From IMG/VR virus record IMGVR_UViG_3300048438_000153, positions 1 to 64,000 of that record: 64,000 bases of DNA; one strand, given 5' to 3'. Below the pieces are notes generated by a model, which was given only the letters and a program-made list of their open reading frames with translations, did no database searches and had not been told where the DNA came from. The position numbers were made by a program, and so were the translations under genes. Every line of letters begins with the position of its first letter. Positions within the stretch are counted from its first letter, which is position 1. Of the stretch, positions 34,490 to 47,000 are shown piece by piece.

Positions 34490-34753
34490 ATCAACTGCGA
34501 AGACCAGCGCCCGTTCAATATCGCACTCAATAAGAGAATGTCCCCCAAGACCACTTGAGGCTTCGACGTTGAACTTATCGTCACCTACGATTCGGATGAC
34601 TACAGACTCGCCTTTCTTGTCTTTTAACGCCACTGAGTTTGGCGTCATAGCGAGCGTCACTCTTAAAGAAGAGGTGATATCCCCTCTAGGGAAAGAGCCG
34701 AGTGGCGCTTGGCAGATAGACTTAATCATCTTCAAGAGTTCTAGGGAGGTCAT
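34439..34753 (-). CDS. Hypothetical protein
   Basis: 104-aa ORF at the end of the minus-strand block. Confidence 0.5.
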   Translation of the reverse strand: MTSLELLKMIKSICQAPLGSFPRGDITSSLRVTLAMTPNSVALKDKKGESVVIRIVGDDKFNVEASSGLGGHSLIECDIERALVFAVDSIVHEEIRRVVRETHK

Positions 34754-34934
34754 GGCTTGCCTTTCTTTTCTTAGGGAACTTAGCTCTGAGACTAGTCAGA
34801 CAAGGGCTACAGACACCCGAATCGTCTGACCAAGAGAGTCCCCAATCAATAGGCTCTTTCGGAAGACCAAGACCACACACAGTGCAACAAAAATGGTTTC
34901 TCACCGCTTTGCCTTGACCTTTCTTTCTACCCAT
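34722..34934 (-). CDS. Small Zn-finger-like protein
   Basis: CTVC...CSPC motifs; AAGGAG SD. Confidence 0.6.
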   Translation of the reverse strand: MGRKKGQGKAVRNHFCCTVCGLGLPKEPIDWGLSWSDDSGVCSPCLTSLRAKFPKKRKASHDLPRTLEDD

Positions 34935-34945
34935 CTCGGAACTCC

Positions 34946-37900
34946 TTAGTTTTTAAAGTTGAAGATACTCTTATCAAGACTCAGCTTAGCTGGATCATTA
35001 TCTTCAGGAGGCTGACTGTTGCCCTTCATCAAAGGTAGACCCTTGACTCTGAAGCGGTCGGCACAAGCGAATCCTTCACCATATCCGCTAGGAGAGATTT
35101 CCCCACCTATCTTGAGGGGCAGAGGCGAGAGCCTGTCGTTCTTGCCCTTAAAGACAGCTTGCGTGGCGATTAAGAGCTGTATCTCATCACCATGTGATCG
35201 CACAGAAAGGTTCTGTGCGTTGAAAGCAGTCTCCTCGAAGTTCCTGACGAGCATCGCACGACAAGCGAGGGCTGATCCCTTTAGTACAGGATTTAGCTCT
35301 TCAGAGAAAGAGTCGTTGAGGAAAGTCAGAGGAGCGCCCTTCACGTCACCTGATCCGCCGTACACACTACCGCCACCTCTAAAGACCCTGTATTTCTTTG
35401 TGCCTCCCGCTAAGGGGAACGCGCCGTAAGAAAGAACGTCTCCGTCTCCCATGTGGAGAACCTCACCTGACCCACCCGTAATCTTAGTGTAAGGTCTACC
35501 CTTCTCATCAGCTCCTACAGACGAAGGCAAGGATGTCAGCTTACTTCCAAAGGTTTGGAGGCGAGCAGAGCCGTCTCTTAAGATGTCCTCACACATGAAA
35601 TCGTGATCACTTACGAGAATCCCTAAAGGGAGTCTAGAAGTGAGTCCAACAAGAGAAATGTCGATGTCTCTTGCCTCGAAATCAGACAGGAAAGAAATCG
35701 CATTGACAGGTTTAGTCTTACCTCCTGTCATGCTCACGGTGCTCAAGGTCGGGTTGTCATAGTTAGACCCTACTCGACCACCGCTGAACAGCTTCGTTTT
35801 GATGCCTGTGTCAGAGCGTGCTCCACCTGTAGAAGCAGAAAGTAATGATACACTAAGAGTTGTGTTGTTACCGTCTTCACCTAACGTGGGAGAGAAGAAG
35901 GTGAAAGAAACAGAGGTGTTTCTTTCTTCAGTCACAAAGTCAACGAGAGTGCCGTTAAAAGAAGCCACGATTTCCTGTACGAGATCACTGAAGCTCGCGG
36001 GCGGTGAATTGACGTCTACTTGGTAAGTAAAGATCCCCTGACCCCTTGAGTCATCAACCTCAATCATTAAGTAAGAATCCGAGCCATTACTGTTTGAGTA
36101 GAAGTCAAAGAAAAGGAAGAAGATCGTGACTGTCGCGCTCGCTCTCTCAGACCCATCTCCCAACACCTCTGTGAAAAGACCAATCTTAGTTTGAGGGAGA
36201 GCCTGAGTCGGACTCAGGGCCACGCGCTCTCCTGATGCGATAAGAGCAGAGTCAGAGATGTAGTTAGAGTAGCCCACGTCTTTTAGAGTATTGCGACGAA
36301 CAAGACCGCCCATAGCCCCTGTTCCCATCGTCGTGTAGAAATCCATAGAGGCAAGCACCTCCAAAGACCTCTTGTTAGCTACCTCAATCGCGCTCGTCCC
36401 ATCTGTCTCTTCCTGTCCTCTCGGAGTGTTAAGAAGATAAGTGTTTGAAGGAGGTATTAAACCATACCTATACGCCTGATCAGTATAGCTAGGGGACGCG
36501 CCTCCAATCGTTTGGAAAGGGTCGCCCTGATACACTGTTCGAGTACCCGCGATGTAGACCTCATCTGTGTGAGAAACAGGAGAGGGAAGACACATTCTTA
36601 TGTTAGTGAGCGCAGTCCCTCCCCCAACACCTACGAGGCTGTCAGAGGCATCGTACTTTCTAGCGAGAACAAAGTTGTTCTCATTGATGAAGCCTACACC
36701 GAAACCAAAGACTGTACACTCAACGACGTACTCAAAGTCTGAGAAAGAGTTGCCGTCTACATAAGTTGGGATCTTGGAGATGTCGAGAGCGTGCTCTGTC
36801 ACCACATAAGTGTGGGATTCCTCTTCACCCTCCACCGTGATCTCAGCTCCACCTCCTCTAAGAATATAGAGAGGGAAGAGATCACTGTCTTTCCTCAAGA
36901 GGTTAGTTGGAGGAAGACCCCCCGCGTTGCCTGTTGGCGTCTCTCTGTCCGTCTCATGTGAGCCGATGCTCGCGTTAGGAGCGAGCGCGTTGAAGTCCTG
37001 AGCCTCATAAATACCGTACAGGCGCACAATGCCAAAGAATGGAGGGAGCTTGATGCCGTTTAAGACATCTCCGAACTCGGATGAAGGCTTCCCTGTGAGG
37101 CTGATCTTCTTAGCTACGAAAGCGCCCTGATTAGCGAGGTTAGAGTTCGCCACCCATTGGCCGTAAGTGCTCCCCCCCACTCCTGTGGCGAAAACGAGAG
37201 GGTAAACACCTGATCCGTTGTACTGACCGCCAATCACTCTGAAAGAAGAAGAGGTGGTGTTTCTTTGATCTGAGAAAAGGTGGTTGTAGCCCTCCATGTA
37301 AGGGTCTACGTCACTCGTCTTCACATGGTAAGGGATGTCTTGCCTACCGAAAGTGGGCATGATCTCTTGAGGAACGGCGTAGACCTCAGTCCTTGCGTCG
37401 TTAAACAAGTTAAGAGCGCCGAACTTATCTGTGTTCCCATCTGCGTATTTCTCGTTTCCTAACACGCTCGAAGAAAGGGTGTGTCCTGAAAGTCTGATAC
37501 CCTGATCTGAGAAAGGTCTGAGAACAACCGTCTTAGACCCAACATCAATGAAAGCCTCGGATTCTTTCTTAATCTCGCTGTTAGAGATTTCTTCCCTGTC
37601 TTCAGGGTCGAGCTTACTCCAACTCTCAATGTGGTTATTCACAGGGAGATAGACTTCACCATTAGGGAGAGGCATTTCATTCACAGCGTCCACATCAAGA
37701 CGAGAAGGTGCGTTCCTGAGATAGTCAGAGGTGATGTTTCTTAAAGCGATGGTATGGATGTCATCAAGTACCCTCGCGCTCGCGCCCCTCGCGGGCGGAT
37801 ACTGCAAGGTTGTCGAGATGGCGATTGGCGCGCTTCTTTCTGCTACGAGAGGGAGGTTCGCGTGTGTAGCTCTGTCCGAATCTGAACAAGACGTAAACGC

Positions 37901-40300
37901 GATCATGCACTCGTCGTCTCGGCTGTCGAGGTACTGAGTCCTCATCTCTGCAAAGAGAGTATGCGTCGGCTCATTGACGAACAGACTGTCGTTAGACCCA
38001 ACTCTGAGAAGATACACCCAATTTTGTGGAGTTCCCTCCCCATTCCATGCTGTGTATGTGGGCGCGTCATTGTAAGAAAGAATCCCGCCTTCAAGGAGAG
38101 AAGAGTTAGACCCCGCACCAATAATCTTAAAGACACCATTATTCGTGATCTGCTGATCTTTGTCTCCATAAAGGACTAGATACGCCTTTGAGGAAAGACC
38201 ACTCAGATCGCGCTGATTATCTGTAATCAAATCATCAAGAGTCGTTGTGTTATAAAGAATGTTGGCGGTGTAGATCGCGTCTAAGTCTGAAGCTACCTTG
38301 ATTGCCCACACATCCGTGTAGATCGCAGTCCTTCTTTCCCACGCGAGATTCCTAAGATTTCCTGTGGTGGTTTCTGCGACTAGTCCACTCGCAGTAAAGA
38401 AATCCTCACCAAGCACGATATAGGGATCTTCAAACTTACTAACCGCTGTTGGAGACACATACTCACCTTGAGTACCCGACTCTCCAAAACCATTCGGTCT
38501 GTTGTAGTTCGTGAACTTAATCTTGAATGGGTCAAATCGACCCTCTGACTCTTCAGGAGAAATGAACCTCACCACTTTTGTGTCGAGGTCAGGCTTGAGC
38601 CCCCCACGCGCCCCTGACGCATTGTCAGAACCGCCGATATTGAACTTAATGAAAGAGCCATTCTGAACAGGGTTCGTCGCGTAAAAGAACGCCGTAGGAT
38701 TGAACTTCGCACCGATAGTCCATGTAGAAAGAAGAGACGCATCTATAGATACGGATGTAAGACCATTCGAGTTCGTCGCTGTCGTAGGGTCTACTAAGAA
38801 AGTAACATCGTCTTGTCTTACAGGGGCATCTGACCAAGTAGTTCTAATCCCATCGGGAGCGTCAACGATACTCGCATAGTTGCGTGCTTCTCCTCCAAGA
38901 CTAACGAGGACAGAAACCTCCTCTACTTTCTTTCCTATGCTATTCGATCCTGAACCCGCTTGCTTGTAGGTGGTCCTCATGTCTCCTACAAGCAAGTCAC
39001 GCACAGAGCTCTCTAAGATTCGGTTGTAGTCCCACTCACCGAGAGAAACAGAGTGCCTGAGATCGAGGACATCATCACTCACGATTTGGTCTGCGAAAAG
39101 ACCATCGGGTCGGGCTACGTGGATCTCAATCTTACTGCCTACTGCGTGGTTCTTGGCTTGTGTGCCAGCTCGCCCTCTCCCCTCGATAGTAAATGTCTTA
39201 GCACCTGTATCTACCGCGCTTATGGAGATGACCTCTTTCTCCTGACCTTCACCGATTACTAAGAATCTCTTTCCTGACCCCCCCTGAGCTATGCCGAAGA
39301 AAGAAGGGTCGTCGAGCGCGGAGCTGAACCCCCCTGATGTCGCATAGCTGATGTTCGCAGATGGCACTGCGTCATCATAGCTGAGTGCTGTCCCTAGTGT
39401 TGTCTCAGAAAGTAACTCTGAAGACTCCGTAGGTCTGCGAGAAATAGAGCCATTGTGGTTAGGAGCACCCGCAGAGATCGCTTGATAGAGATTAGAGTTC
39501 CTTCTGAACACCGCACATACAGGGATCGCGTACACATAACCGTCTACAGCTCCCAAGTCATTCTTAGAAGCTGTGTCTCCATCCCCCGCTCTCCAAAGAC
39601 CCACGTCGCCGTTTTCTTTCTGATTGGAGAACGTGTAGCCGAGCACAGGATTTGCAGTAGCGCCCTGAGCTAAGACGTTTGCATCACCGAGACCTGAAGG
39701 GTGACTCACGATGTCTACGTTTGCACCTTGAACTCTTAAGCGGTACTGAACTTGGACTCTCTTAGTTGTCTCGAACCCTAGTGTGGGGTCGATCATCTCA
39801 TCGGCAAAGCTAGAGGCGGTATACAGCACGTTTCCATACGGATAGACTGTAGATGCGTCAGGTCTGTTGTTTGAGTCGCTAGGATCTAAGACTGCCTTCC
39901 AAACTTCGAGAAAGACTACATTCGTTTCAGAGTCAGTCGTGGGCGGTGTGGGGAGCTTAACTACGTTAGTGACCCCATCAGAACTCTCAGTCCCGATCAC
40001 AGGGATAACCCACCCATTTACGAGAGCTACGAGAGGGTTGTCTAAACCTCTCTTAACTTCAAAGTAGTTTGTAGACTGATCGAAGAAAGAGAAATCGTCG
40101 TCAGCTCTTGTTGGGTCAAGTAGGAAACCACTGTGAGTCGTCTTTCTAATCACTTCAGAAAGAGCCTCTGACCCTATTTGCCCAACGAGGTTGAGCTCGC
40201 TGTCCATAGGGGGCTTTCCCGCTTGCCATATCACCTGTGAGAGTTGACGGTCTATGACCTCCATCACTCTGCTTACACCATCTTTGAAGTTATCAGCCAT
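34946..40300 (-). CDS. Large baseplate/tail protein, DUF6519/DUF4815-like N-terminus (about 1784 aa); paralog of 57821-61054
   Basis: VIWQAGKPPMDSELN, VFLEVWK and DPTLGFETTKRVQVQYRLRV motifs. Start refined to MADNF at 40300 (AAGGAG SD). Confidence 0.7.
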   Translation of the reverse strand: MADNFKDGVSRVMEVIDRQLSQVIWQAGKPPMDSELNLVGQIGSEALSEVIRKTTHSGFLLDPTRADDDFSFFDQSTNYFEVKRGLDNPLVALVNGWVIPVIGTESSDGVTNVVKLPTPPTTDSETNVVFLEVWKAVLDPSDSNNRPDASTVYPYGNVLYTASSFADEMIDPTLGFETTKRVQVQYRLRVQGANVDIVSHPSGLGDANVLAQGATANPVLGYTFSNQKENGDVGLWRAGDGDTASKNDLGAVDGYVYAIPVCAVFRRNSNLYQAISAGAPNHNGSISRRPTESSELLSETTLGTALSYDDAVPSANISYATSGGFSSALDDPSFFGIAQGGSGKRFLVIGEGQEKEVISISAVDTGAKTFTIEGRGRAGTQAKNHAVGSKIEIHVARPDGLFADQIVSDDVLDLRHSVSLGEWDYNRILESSVRDLLVGDMRTTYKQAGSGSNSIGKKVEEVSVLVSLGGEARNYASIVDAPDGIRTTWSDAPVRQDDVTFLVDPTTATNSNGLTSVSIDASLLSTWTIGAKFNPTAFFYATNPVQNGSFIKFNIGGSDNASGARGGLKPDLDTKVVRFISPEESEGRFDPFKIKFTNYNRPNGFGESGTQGEYVSPTAVSKFEDPYIVLGEDFFTASGLVAETTTGNLRNLAWERRTAIYTDVWAIKVASDLDAIYTANILYNTTTLDDLITDNQRDLSGLSSKAYLVLYGDKDQQITNNGVFKIIGAGSNSSLLEGGILSYNDAPTYTAWNGEGTPQNWVYLLRVGSNDSLFVNEPTHTLFAEMRTQYLDSRDDECMIAFTSCSDSDRATHANLPLVAERSAPIAISTTLQYPPARGASARVLDDIHTIALRNITSDYLRNAPSRLDVDAVNEMPLPNGEVYLPVNNHIESWSKLDPEDREEISNSEIKKESEAFIDVGSKTVVLRPFSDQGIRLSGHTLSSSVLGNEKYADGNTDKFGALNLFNDARTEVYAVPQEIMPTFGRQDIPYHVKTSDVDPYMEGYNHLFSDQRNTTSSSFRVIGGQYNGSGVYPLVFATGVGGSTYGQWVANSNLANQGAFVAKKISLTGKPSSEFGDVLNGIKLPPFFGIVRLYGIYEAQDFNALAPNASIGSHETDRETPTGNAGGLPPTNLLRKDSDLFPLYILRGGGAEITVEGEEESHTYVVTEHALDISKIPTYVDGNSFSDFEYVVECTVFGFGVGFINENNFVLARKYDASDSLVGVGGGTALTNIRMCLPSPVSHTDEVYIAGTRTVYQGDPFQTIGGASPSYTDQAYRYGLIPPSNTYLLNTPRGQEETDGTSAIEVANKRSLEVLASMDFYTTMGTGAMGGLVRRNTLKDVGYSNYISDSALIASGERVALSPTQALPQTKIGLFTEVLGDGSERASATVTIFFLFFDFYSNSNGSDSYLMIEVDDSRGQGIFTYQVDVNSPPASFSDLVQEIVASFNGTLVDFVTEERNTSVSFTFFSPTLGEDGNNTTLSVSLLSASTGGARSDTGIKTKLFSGGRVGSNYDNPTLSTVSMTGGKTKPVNAISFLSDFEARDIDISLVGLTSRLPLGILVSDHDFMCEDILRDGSARLQTFGSKLTSLPSSVGADEKGRPYTKITGGSGEVLHMGDGDVLSYGAFPLAGGTKKYRVFRGGGSVYGGSGDVKGAPLTFLNDSFSEELNPVLKGSALACRAMLVRNFEETAFNAQNLSVRSHGDEIQLLIATQAVFKGKNDRLSPLPLKIGGEISPSGYGEGFACADRFRVKGLPLMKGNSQPPEDNDPAKLSLDKSIFNFKN

Positions 40301-40314
40301 TTTCAATATTCTCC

Positions 40315-41034
40315 TTAAAATATAAGGGCATACGAGAGTATGTAGAGATCGTTAATGGAGCTTTCATTAAGGAAAGCGATCCGAACCTCTCCTGTCTTTT
40401 GCTCGAAAGAAAAAGGAGCGAGGCGTTCGATCTTCTCGTATGTATTTCCATCGTTCTCAGATATATAAACAGAATACTCGCTCTCAGAAGCCTCGACATA
40501 TCTCATCACGGTAGGCTCATTCTTATCTGCGTCTGCGTAATTGGTGAGATCTACAGGAGTGGTGTCATGCCTTACTCCCTTTCTCACGATGCGCCAATAC
40601 ATCAAGAAAGTCTCTCGACCTTCACCGTCACTCGTAAGAGCTGTCAGGTCGATATTCTGAGTAATGAGCAAACCGTTCCTACCCGCAGGAGTTTCCTTTG
40701 GAACACAAGCCACGTTGGGTGTCTCTCCTACCCTAAATCGACAAGGGATATGCCCCGTTTCTTTCGGAAAGAGAGCCGAACCATCAAACTCCGCAGAGGA
40801 GTCGAGGAGAGGCTTGTAAATCAGGTGGTCGTAGGAGGGGTAAGACTCCAAGAACTTACCCTCTATGCTAGAAATAAGAGTAGGGAGATCGAAAGGGTTA
40901 TTAGCCCCTAGCTCATTTCCTATCTCTATGCAGTCAGGAAAGTCGAGGATATACTTTCCGTTCATGTAGACATACTCGTCGAAAGACTTGATAGTCTGAA
41001 CGGGTAGGTCGTCTTTTCGGGTCATGATGATCAT
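40315..41034 (-). CDS. Probable virion structural protein
   Basis: TGATG overlap with the 4204-aa gene; C-terminal VYISENDGNTYE (Asp-box-like) segment. Confidence 0.65.
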   Translation of the reverse strand: MIIMTRKDDLPVQTIKSFDEYVYMNGKYILDFPDCIEIGNELGANNPFDLPTLISSIEGKFLESYPSYDHLIYKPLLDSSAEFDGSALFPKETGHIPCRFRVGETPNVACVPKETPAGRNGLLITQNIDLTALTSDGEGRETFLMYWRIVRKGVRHDTTPVDLTNYADADKNEPTVMRYVEASESEYSVYISENDGNTYEKIERLAPFSFEQKTGEVRIAFLNESSINDLYILSYALIF

Positions 41035-44000
41035 CAGTCTTCTCCCATCGTGTTCACATCGAGTGTCCAAGCTGTACCATCAGCAGTCTCAACCTCGAAC
41101 GCGCATTTCACAGAAGAAATCCAAGCTCCGTTGTTTGAGAAAGAAGTCAGACCCCCAAAAGGTCGGCTAGGCCAAGGCACAGTCGCCTCAAGATAGACTC
41201 GCGCTCCAACAGGGAGCATCGAACCACTCTGAGAGGGGATGCCGTAGTAGTCCAAAATCTTATCGAGCCAGTTACCGACCTTGAAGCGTCTGTCTTTCGG
41301 GTCTGTTCCTCGACTCACCTCAAGTGAGCGCCCATATCTACCAAGAGAGGCAAACTGTCTGCCTGAGATGTCCGTGTAGAGGGTGTCTGCGTACAAGCTT
41401 CCTCCACTAAGCTTAGGCATAGTGATCGCAGAACTCGGAGCTTCAAAAGCATCCCCTACAGGAGTGAGTGCTATAGTGAAACTGTGGGGGCTAGATTTAG
41501 GAGACTGTCTTAAAGAGTTGGCGTCTGTCGTTCCGAAGTTACCGCCTTGAAAGTCCTCTTCATTGATGAAGGTTTCAAGAGAAATGGATGGGTGAGCAAT
41601 CGTAATCCCTGTGCTCGCCGAGTGATGGAGAGCGAGCTCATAGTTAGTGTTCTCAGGAGAGAACATCCCTGTGTCTGAGAATAAGCCTGAAGAGAAAGAA
41701 GAAAGAACACCACCACTTGTCCTCGAAGATCGTGGCATAGGGCTCGCTAAGACTGAGGCGCTTCTAATATCCTCAAAAGTCGCGAGATCGGGCAGATTGA
41801 TGTTTGCCCCTAGACCCTTCCAATTTGTAAGTGTGGTTTCTGAAGAGTAGAAGTTCTGACCACCCCACACAATCGGAGAGAAAGAGTTTACGTCAAAGTC
41901 TGAATAGATGTGGTTCTCAGATGCCGTGGAGCGAAGGTGTCCGTTGACTGTGCCTGTCGCAGAAAGACTCTCAGGATATTGGAATGAAGAAACCGTATTT
42001 CCTTTCGCTCCAAAACCTGTGTAGGCGTCGCCTACAGACCAATCGCTCACAGCTCCGCCATCTCTCTTAAATCGAACAGGGCCTACTGTGACGAACCTCT
42101 CCATGACGTTAGGCATCAAGTCTCCCGCTTCTCGGTTCACATAGAGAGGCACGATGATTGTGCCTCCTGAGAAACGGGGCTTTCCTCTGAGCGCAGAAAC
42201 GCCATCCACAATCGAGTACCGCGTCGAGTTGCTTGAATGGTTATAAGAAGAAGTAGGAGCGCGCCCACCAAAGGCGCTTCCGTTACCGCCACCGATAGAC
42301 GAGAAACTGTACTCCTGATCCATGAGGTCAGACCAATCATCAGTCGAGTTGTCTGATCTGTCCATGAAGAAGGTGTCTTCAGAGTTTCCGATGGATCCGG
42401 GTATTTCTACGACGAGGTTAAAGGTCATCGCAGAGTTCGTGGCTTTTCTCTTGTAGAACTCATAATCTGAAGGATCTTCTGCTTGAGAGATTCTTTCTGT
42501 TCGTGTGACAGTGTTATCAAGGTTGTCATATCTACCTGAAGCTACTGAGTTGTAGTGCTCTTTCGAGTTCGTGTCGAACAGTGATCCAGGTAGGTCTGCG
42601 AAGTCTCCGTTCAACCCAAAGTTGATCCACATCCTAGTTAGTCTTGAGCCTTTCGGTGTGCGCCCGAGATAGGGACTGTTAATCCCCGACCCAACCGAGC
42701 TAGACTGAGTGAAGCTGTCCGTGAGGTCAATTCTCAGAGTCGGAGGTGGCGTCGTCTCATCTATGAAGGCGCTCTTAAAACCAATGTAGAGTGGCGTTTG
42801 AATCTGCCACCACTCACCTGAAGGACTCCAAGTGTAGATGGCGTTGATCATTGTGTCAGAAACGTCACTGTACTTGTCATAACTTCTCTTAGATTCAGTG
42901 TTCCCACCCTCTGTATGGGGATTCCAAGCGAGCTGACCTCCGTTTTTACTTGCGTGTACGAAAGGATTGCCCGTCTTAGGGTTAGTGTTACCGATAGTGG
43001 TAACAGTTCCAAAATACCTGTAGCTCTGAGATGCGTTCTCTCGACCCATGAGAAGCCAAGGGCGAGAGACATCCATCATGATGCGCTCTCCGAACACATA
43101 ATCTGAGCCCCAACCACTATCAAGTGTAGATGCGATTGAGACTGAAGGCACATCATCTCCAGGCACTGTGGTGGGGTCATCATCTACGATTAAGAAACCA
43201 CTCCCATGTTCTTGGATGAAGTTGAGAGGGTCTGTAAACCTCGTATTTATAGCCCCTGTAGTCTCAAGGGCAAGCGGAGACGCGGGGACAACCATAGGTG
43301 CAACACCATACTGACCATGAGCCATCACCACAGATGAGTTAGCTGAGGAAGGCTTAATCGTCACTATCCTTTCTCTCGCTACAGGCTGAAGGGCATAGAG
43401 AATAGGGAAGTTAAGAGATCCTGTGTCGGGTAGTTCATTTGTTTCGGAGTCAGGCCAATTACCCATCACAGAAAGAGGGGCGTAGGAAACCTCAATCCCT
43501 TTCTGAGTGAAACCGCCTCTCGTTCGACAGATGATGTCCTCAACAGAGTAAGACTCGCAGTCGCCTCCCAAGAGAATATCTCCTGTAGAGGGGCATCGGT
43601 TCACCCTGAAAATGTCCGTACCCAAGTCGAACGGATCGTTATTCTCAAGGTCTTTCTTTCTCTGCCAACCAGATGCCCACGCGAAAGGATTCACATAGGT
43701 GCTAGGAAGCTCGTTTTGAAGGCGCTCATTCTGAGTGTATGTAGGCTGTCCAAAGCGATAAGGTCGAGGCTTAGTGAGGTGGACGTAAGACCCCACGTTT
43801 TCCTCAAGAAGAGGCGCTGAGAACACCCAACGAATACCGCCACTTGCTGACTGACTCTTAGTGTAGAGAGTCTCATCTGCAAGATCGAAAGTGCGAGGGG
43901 TCATAACGTATGTCGGGTCATTCTGATCTAAGACATATACGTCATAGTTAAATGCGCTCAAGCTCGCGTTTGTAGAGTAGCCCTCATACTGATTAGGGTA

Positions 44001-47000
44001 GTAGCTGTTCTTGTCTGCCCAAGCCACACTGATGTTGGAGTTGACTCCGCTCAGTCTGAAGAACCCTCTAGACTCCCTATCGTGAGATAGGGTCGTCTTG
44101 TCAGTAGAAAGATGAGTGGTTGAGTCAATCTGAGGGTGGAACTGTAAGTCCACCTGTAAGAAACATCCTCTGTTGACTACGTTCTTTCTCTGAAGCTTCG
44201 TGAGAAGCGAGGTGTCGATCTCGCAAGTGATGCCACACACTACAAATCCCTTGCTCCCGAGGACAGGGAAACGAGCGTTGTAGTCAGGTACGGCATACTT
44301 AACTTTCCACTTGATCCACTTAGCGTCTGCGTAAGAACCCCAACCTGTGTACGTCGCGCTGTTCGCTTGGTTGTATGCTTTAAGAGAGCTTCCGATACGA
44401 ACACCGTTGAAGTTGTTGTTATCATTCAAAAATCTTACAAGTAGATCGGTAGACCCCTCGTTGATTAGCGAAGTTACAGGGTCTAAGACTGAGTGGTCTG
44501 CAACTACTCCGAAGAACCTATTCGAGCCGTCCTCAGCCCAAAGGTTAACGCCCATCCAAAGAGGAGAGGTTGGCTCGTACCCTACGAGATTCTGATCTGC
44601 TCTTCCTGAGACAGTAGTGCCTGAGTAGGAAGCTAAAAAAGACTCCGAGAATTCAGAAGAAACAGGGAAGAAAGGATCAGCTACGTGGACGTCGTAGTCT
44701 TTCTCTGCGTCGTCTAGGTAGATTCTCTTTCCATTAGAGGAAGCATCGAGACACGCCCCAAGTACCATGTTTCTAGAGCGCATTGGGAGAACAGAGCCGT
44801 CTCCCGACTTCCAATCCCTAATGTACTCACCGCTTCTCTTAATCTTTCTAACCACAGCCACGTCAAAGAGGTCGAGATTAGCTGAAGAGATCCCTGTGTA
44901 TGGGTTGACGAGATAGTCTTTCTGAATGTCGATGATGACGTACCAACCCACATAAGCGTACTCGTAAGTCCCACAGACGTATATTTTTCTACCGATGTCA
45001 CTCTCTAAGAAAGAGTAGTCTCGATCATAGAAAATCGCGTCAGCTTCCTCAATGTAAGTCGTGTAGGAGGTCGCCTTATCGAACGGCACAGCGATCCCAC
45101 CCTTAACTGATCTGTGACCGAGCACAGGAACGAACTCCACATTAGGCACAACTCTGAACTTATGTCCGACAAGAGGTCTACGAACATAGCCATTGTCGGA
45201 GACATCTCCGAAGCCGTTTTTCTGAGAGCTCGCGTCGTTTCTGTCTAAGCAGTCTTGCTCGTAGTCAAAGTCACCTGAGAGATCATAGAAAATCTCAGGT
45301 GACGTGTTGCCATTATTGCCTATCGCGCTCCCCGCAGTCATTTTTCTTATCGGAGCGCGGGAGAAAGAAAGGTTGGGGTTTGAGTCTAGCTCATCGTAAT
45401 CTGAGAAATAGAGGTTGTTGTGTGCATACTTAACCACATCTCCAGGCTGAGAAATGGGCTTAAGGTGAGAGTGCCAACCTCTATACCTTCCGACATCACC
45501 TACTGTGTAGAAAGTACCTGTGGTAACATCTTCAAGTATCATCCCATCAAGAAGTCTTACTTGCATATTTGATGTCATAGGGTCATCAGGAGACTCTAGG
45601 ATATCGCTTCTCTGAGTCGCTGATAAACCCTCAGAGATCAGATCATTTTGAGTGAGGTTGAAGTCATAGTCATATGTGTTGTTTACACCCCAGTCAGGTA
45701 ACCCTACAGGGTAGTCAATCTTATTAACATATCTGTTGTCGTCTGCCTGAGAAAGAGCACTCTGCACATCAGGGTATAGGTCGAGGTATGGAGTGGAGGA
45801 GCTGTAGGTTGTGCTGAAACCTAAGCTGAACCCATAAAGAGCTGTGTCTATACTAGCTAATCTGAAGAAAAGGACAGACAAGTCAGGCGTGCCTGTGTCA
45901 GCTACGTTAGCGCCCGTAACTACATAGAATCTATCAACATATAAAGGCAGATCGAAAGCACCCCCCGCGTTCCAAGTGCCTCCACCCGTAGGCAAGTTAG
46001 CTGAGTTAGCAGCCTTAACAAAAGGTCGCCCATTTCCTACAGGGTCAGTTTTCTGCTCTATGGGTGCAGTAGCGGTTGCACCGTAAGTCGCGGTATCTAT
46101 CTCCACAAAGACCTTTCTCTTATTATAGTCGAGATAGAAAACAGCGAAGCCCTCGTCACTGTTAGCTGACGAGCTGTTGTAGTAAGCATAAACATAGATC
46201 GTGCGAGTGTCTGAGGGATTCTCGAAAAGAACACTCTGACCACCCCATGTCACGCTCTCGTTTGAGCGTGAGTGGTGGTAAGCCTGAGAAAGAATGCCCG
46301 CATCAAACTCATCTACTCTATCCGAAATCCCTCCGCCCGAGTTAGTCTTAGGGCTGTGGCTGACAGGGAAATATCGACTTGACGCTGTTTCTCTTTCAAA
46401 GACACCATGCTCTTGCATGACGTTCCCAAGAGTCACAGCAAAGTTGCCTCCATACGCAAACCTAGAAGGTCCGTTATAGAACTCGTACAGAGGCAAGTCC
46501 GTAGGAGAAATACCTGTCCTAATCTTAGTCTTTGACCCGTACCCAATCGAGGTAAGCTCTTCGGTGAAGCTGTTGGCGCGCTCAAAGACCCTACCCCCAA
46601 GAGTAGAAGGTCCTTTCGGAAGCAACATACACTCACCGTAAGTCGGGATTTCAAGACCTCTCAAGCCTCGGTCAGACTTAGCTCCCTTCGCCATAGAAGC
46701 GACGATATCTGCACCTGTTGCGTCTTGTGGTCTGAAAGCTCTTTCGTAGACAACTGTGCCTCCTGTCTTAACCCTGATCCCTGTCTTTGACCAAGGCAAG
46801 ATTGTATCACTAGGCAGAGGTGGAGGTGGCGCGCTCAAGAAGTAGCTAGGTAGAGAGCCTGTGCCATAAGAGTTAGGGATGGAGTCTTGAATGAGAGCGA
46901 TGTAACCCTGTGAGTTATTTCCGCCATTCCAAGCACCGAAGGCGCTCCATCTCTCTCCGAAACTCAAGAGCCTTGACTGATAACTCTTAGTAGTGCTCGC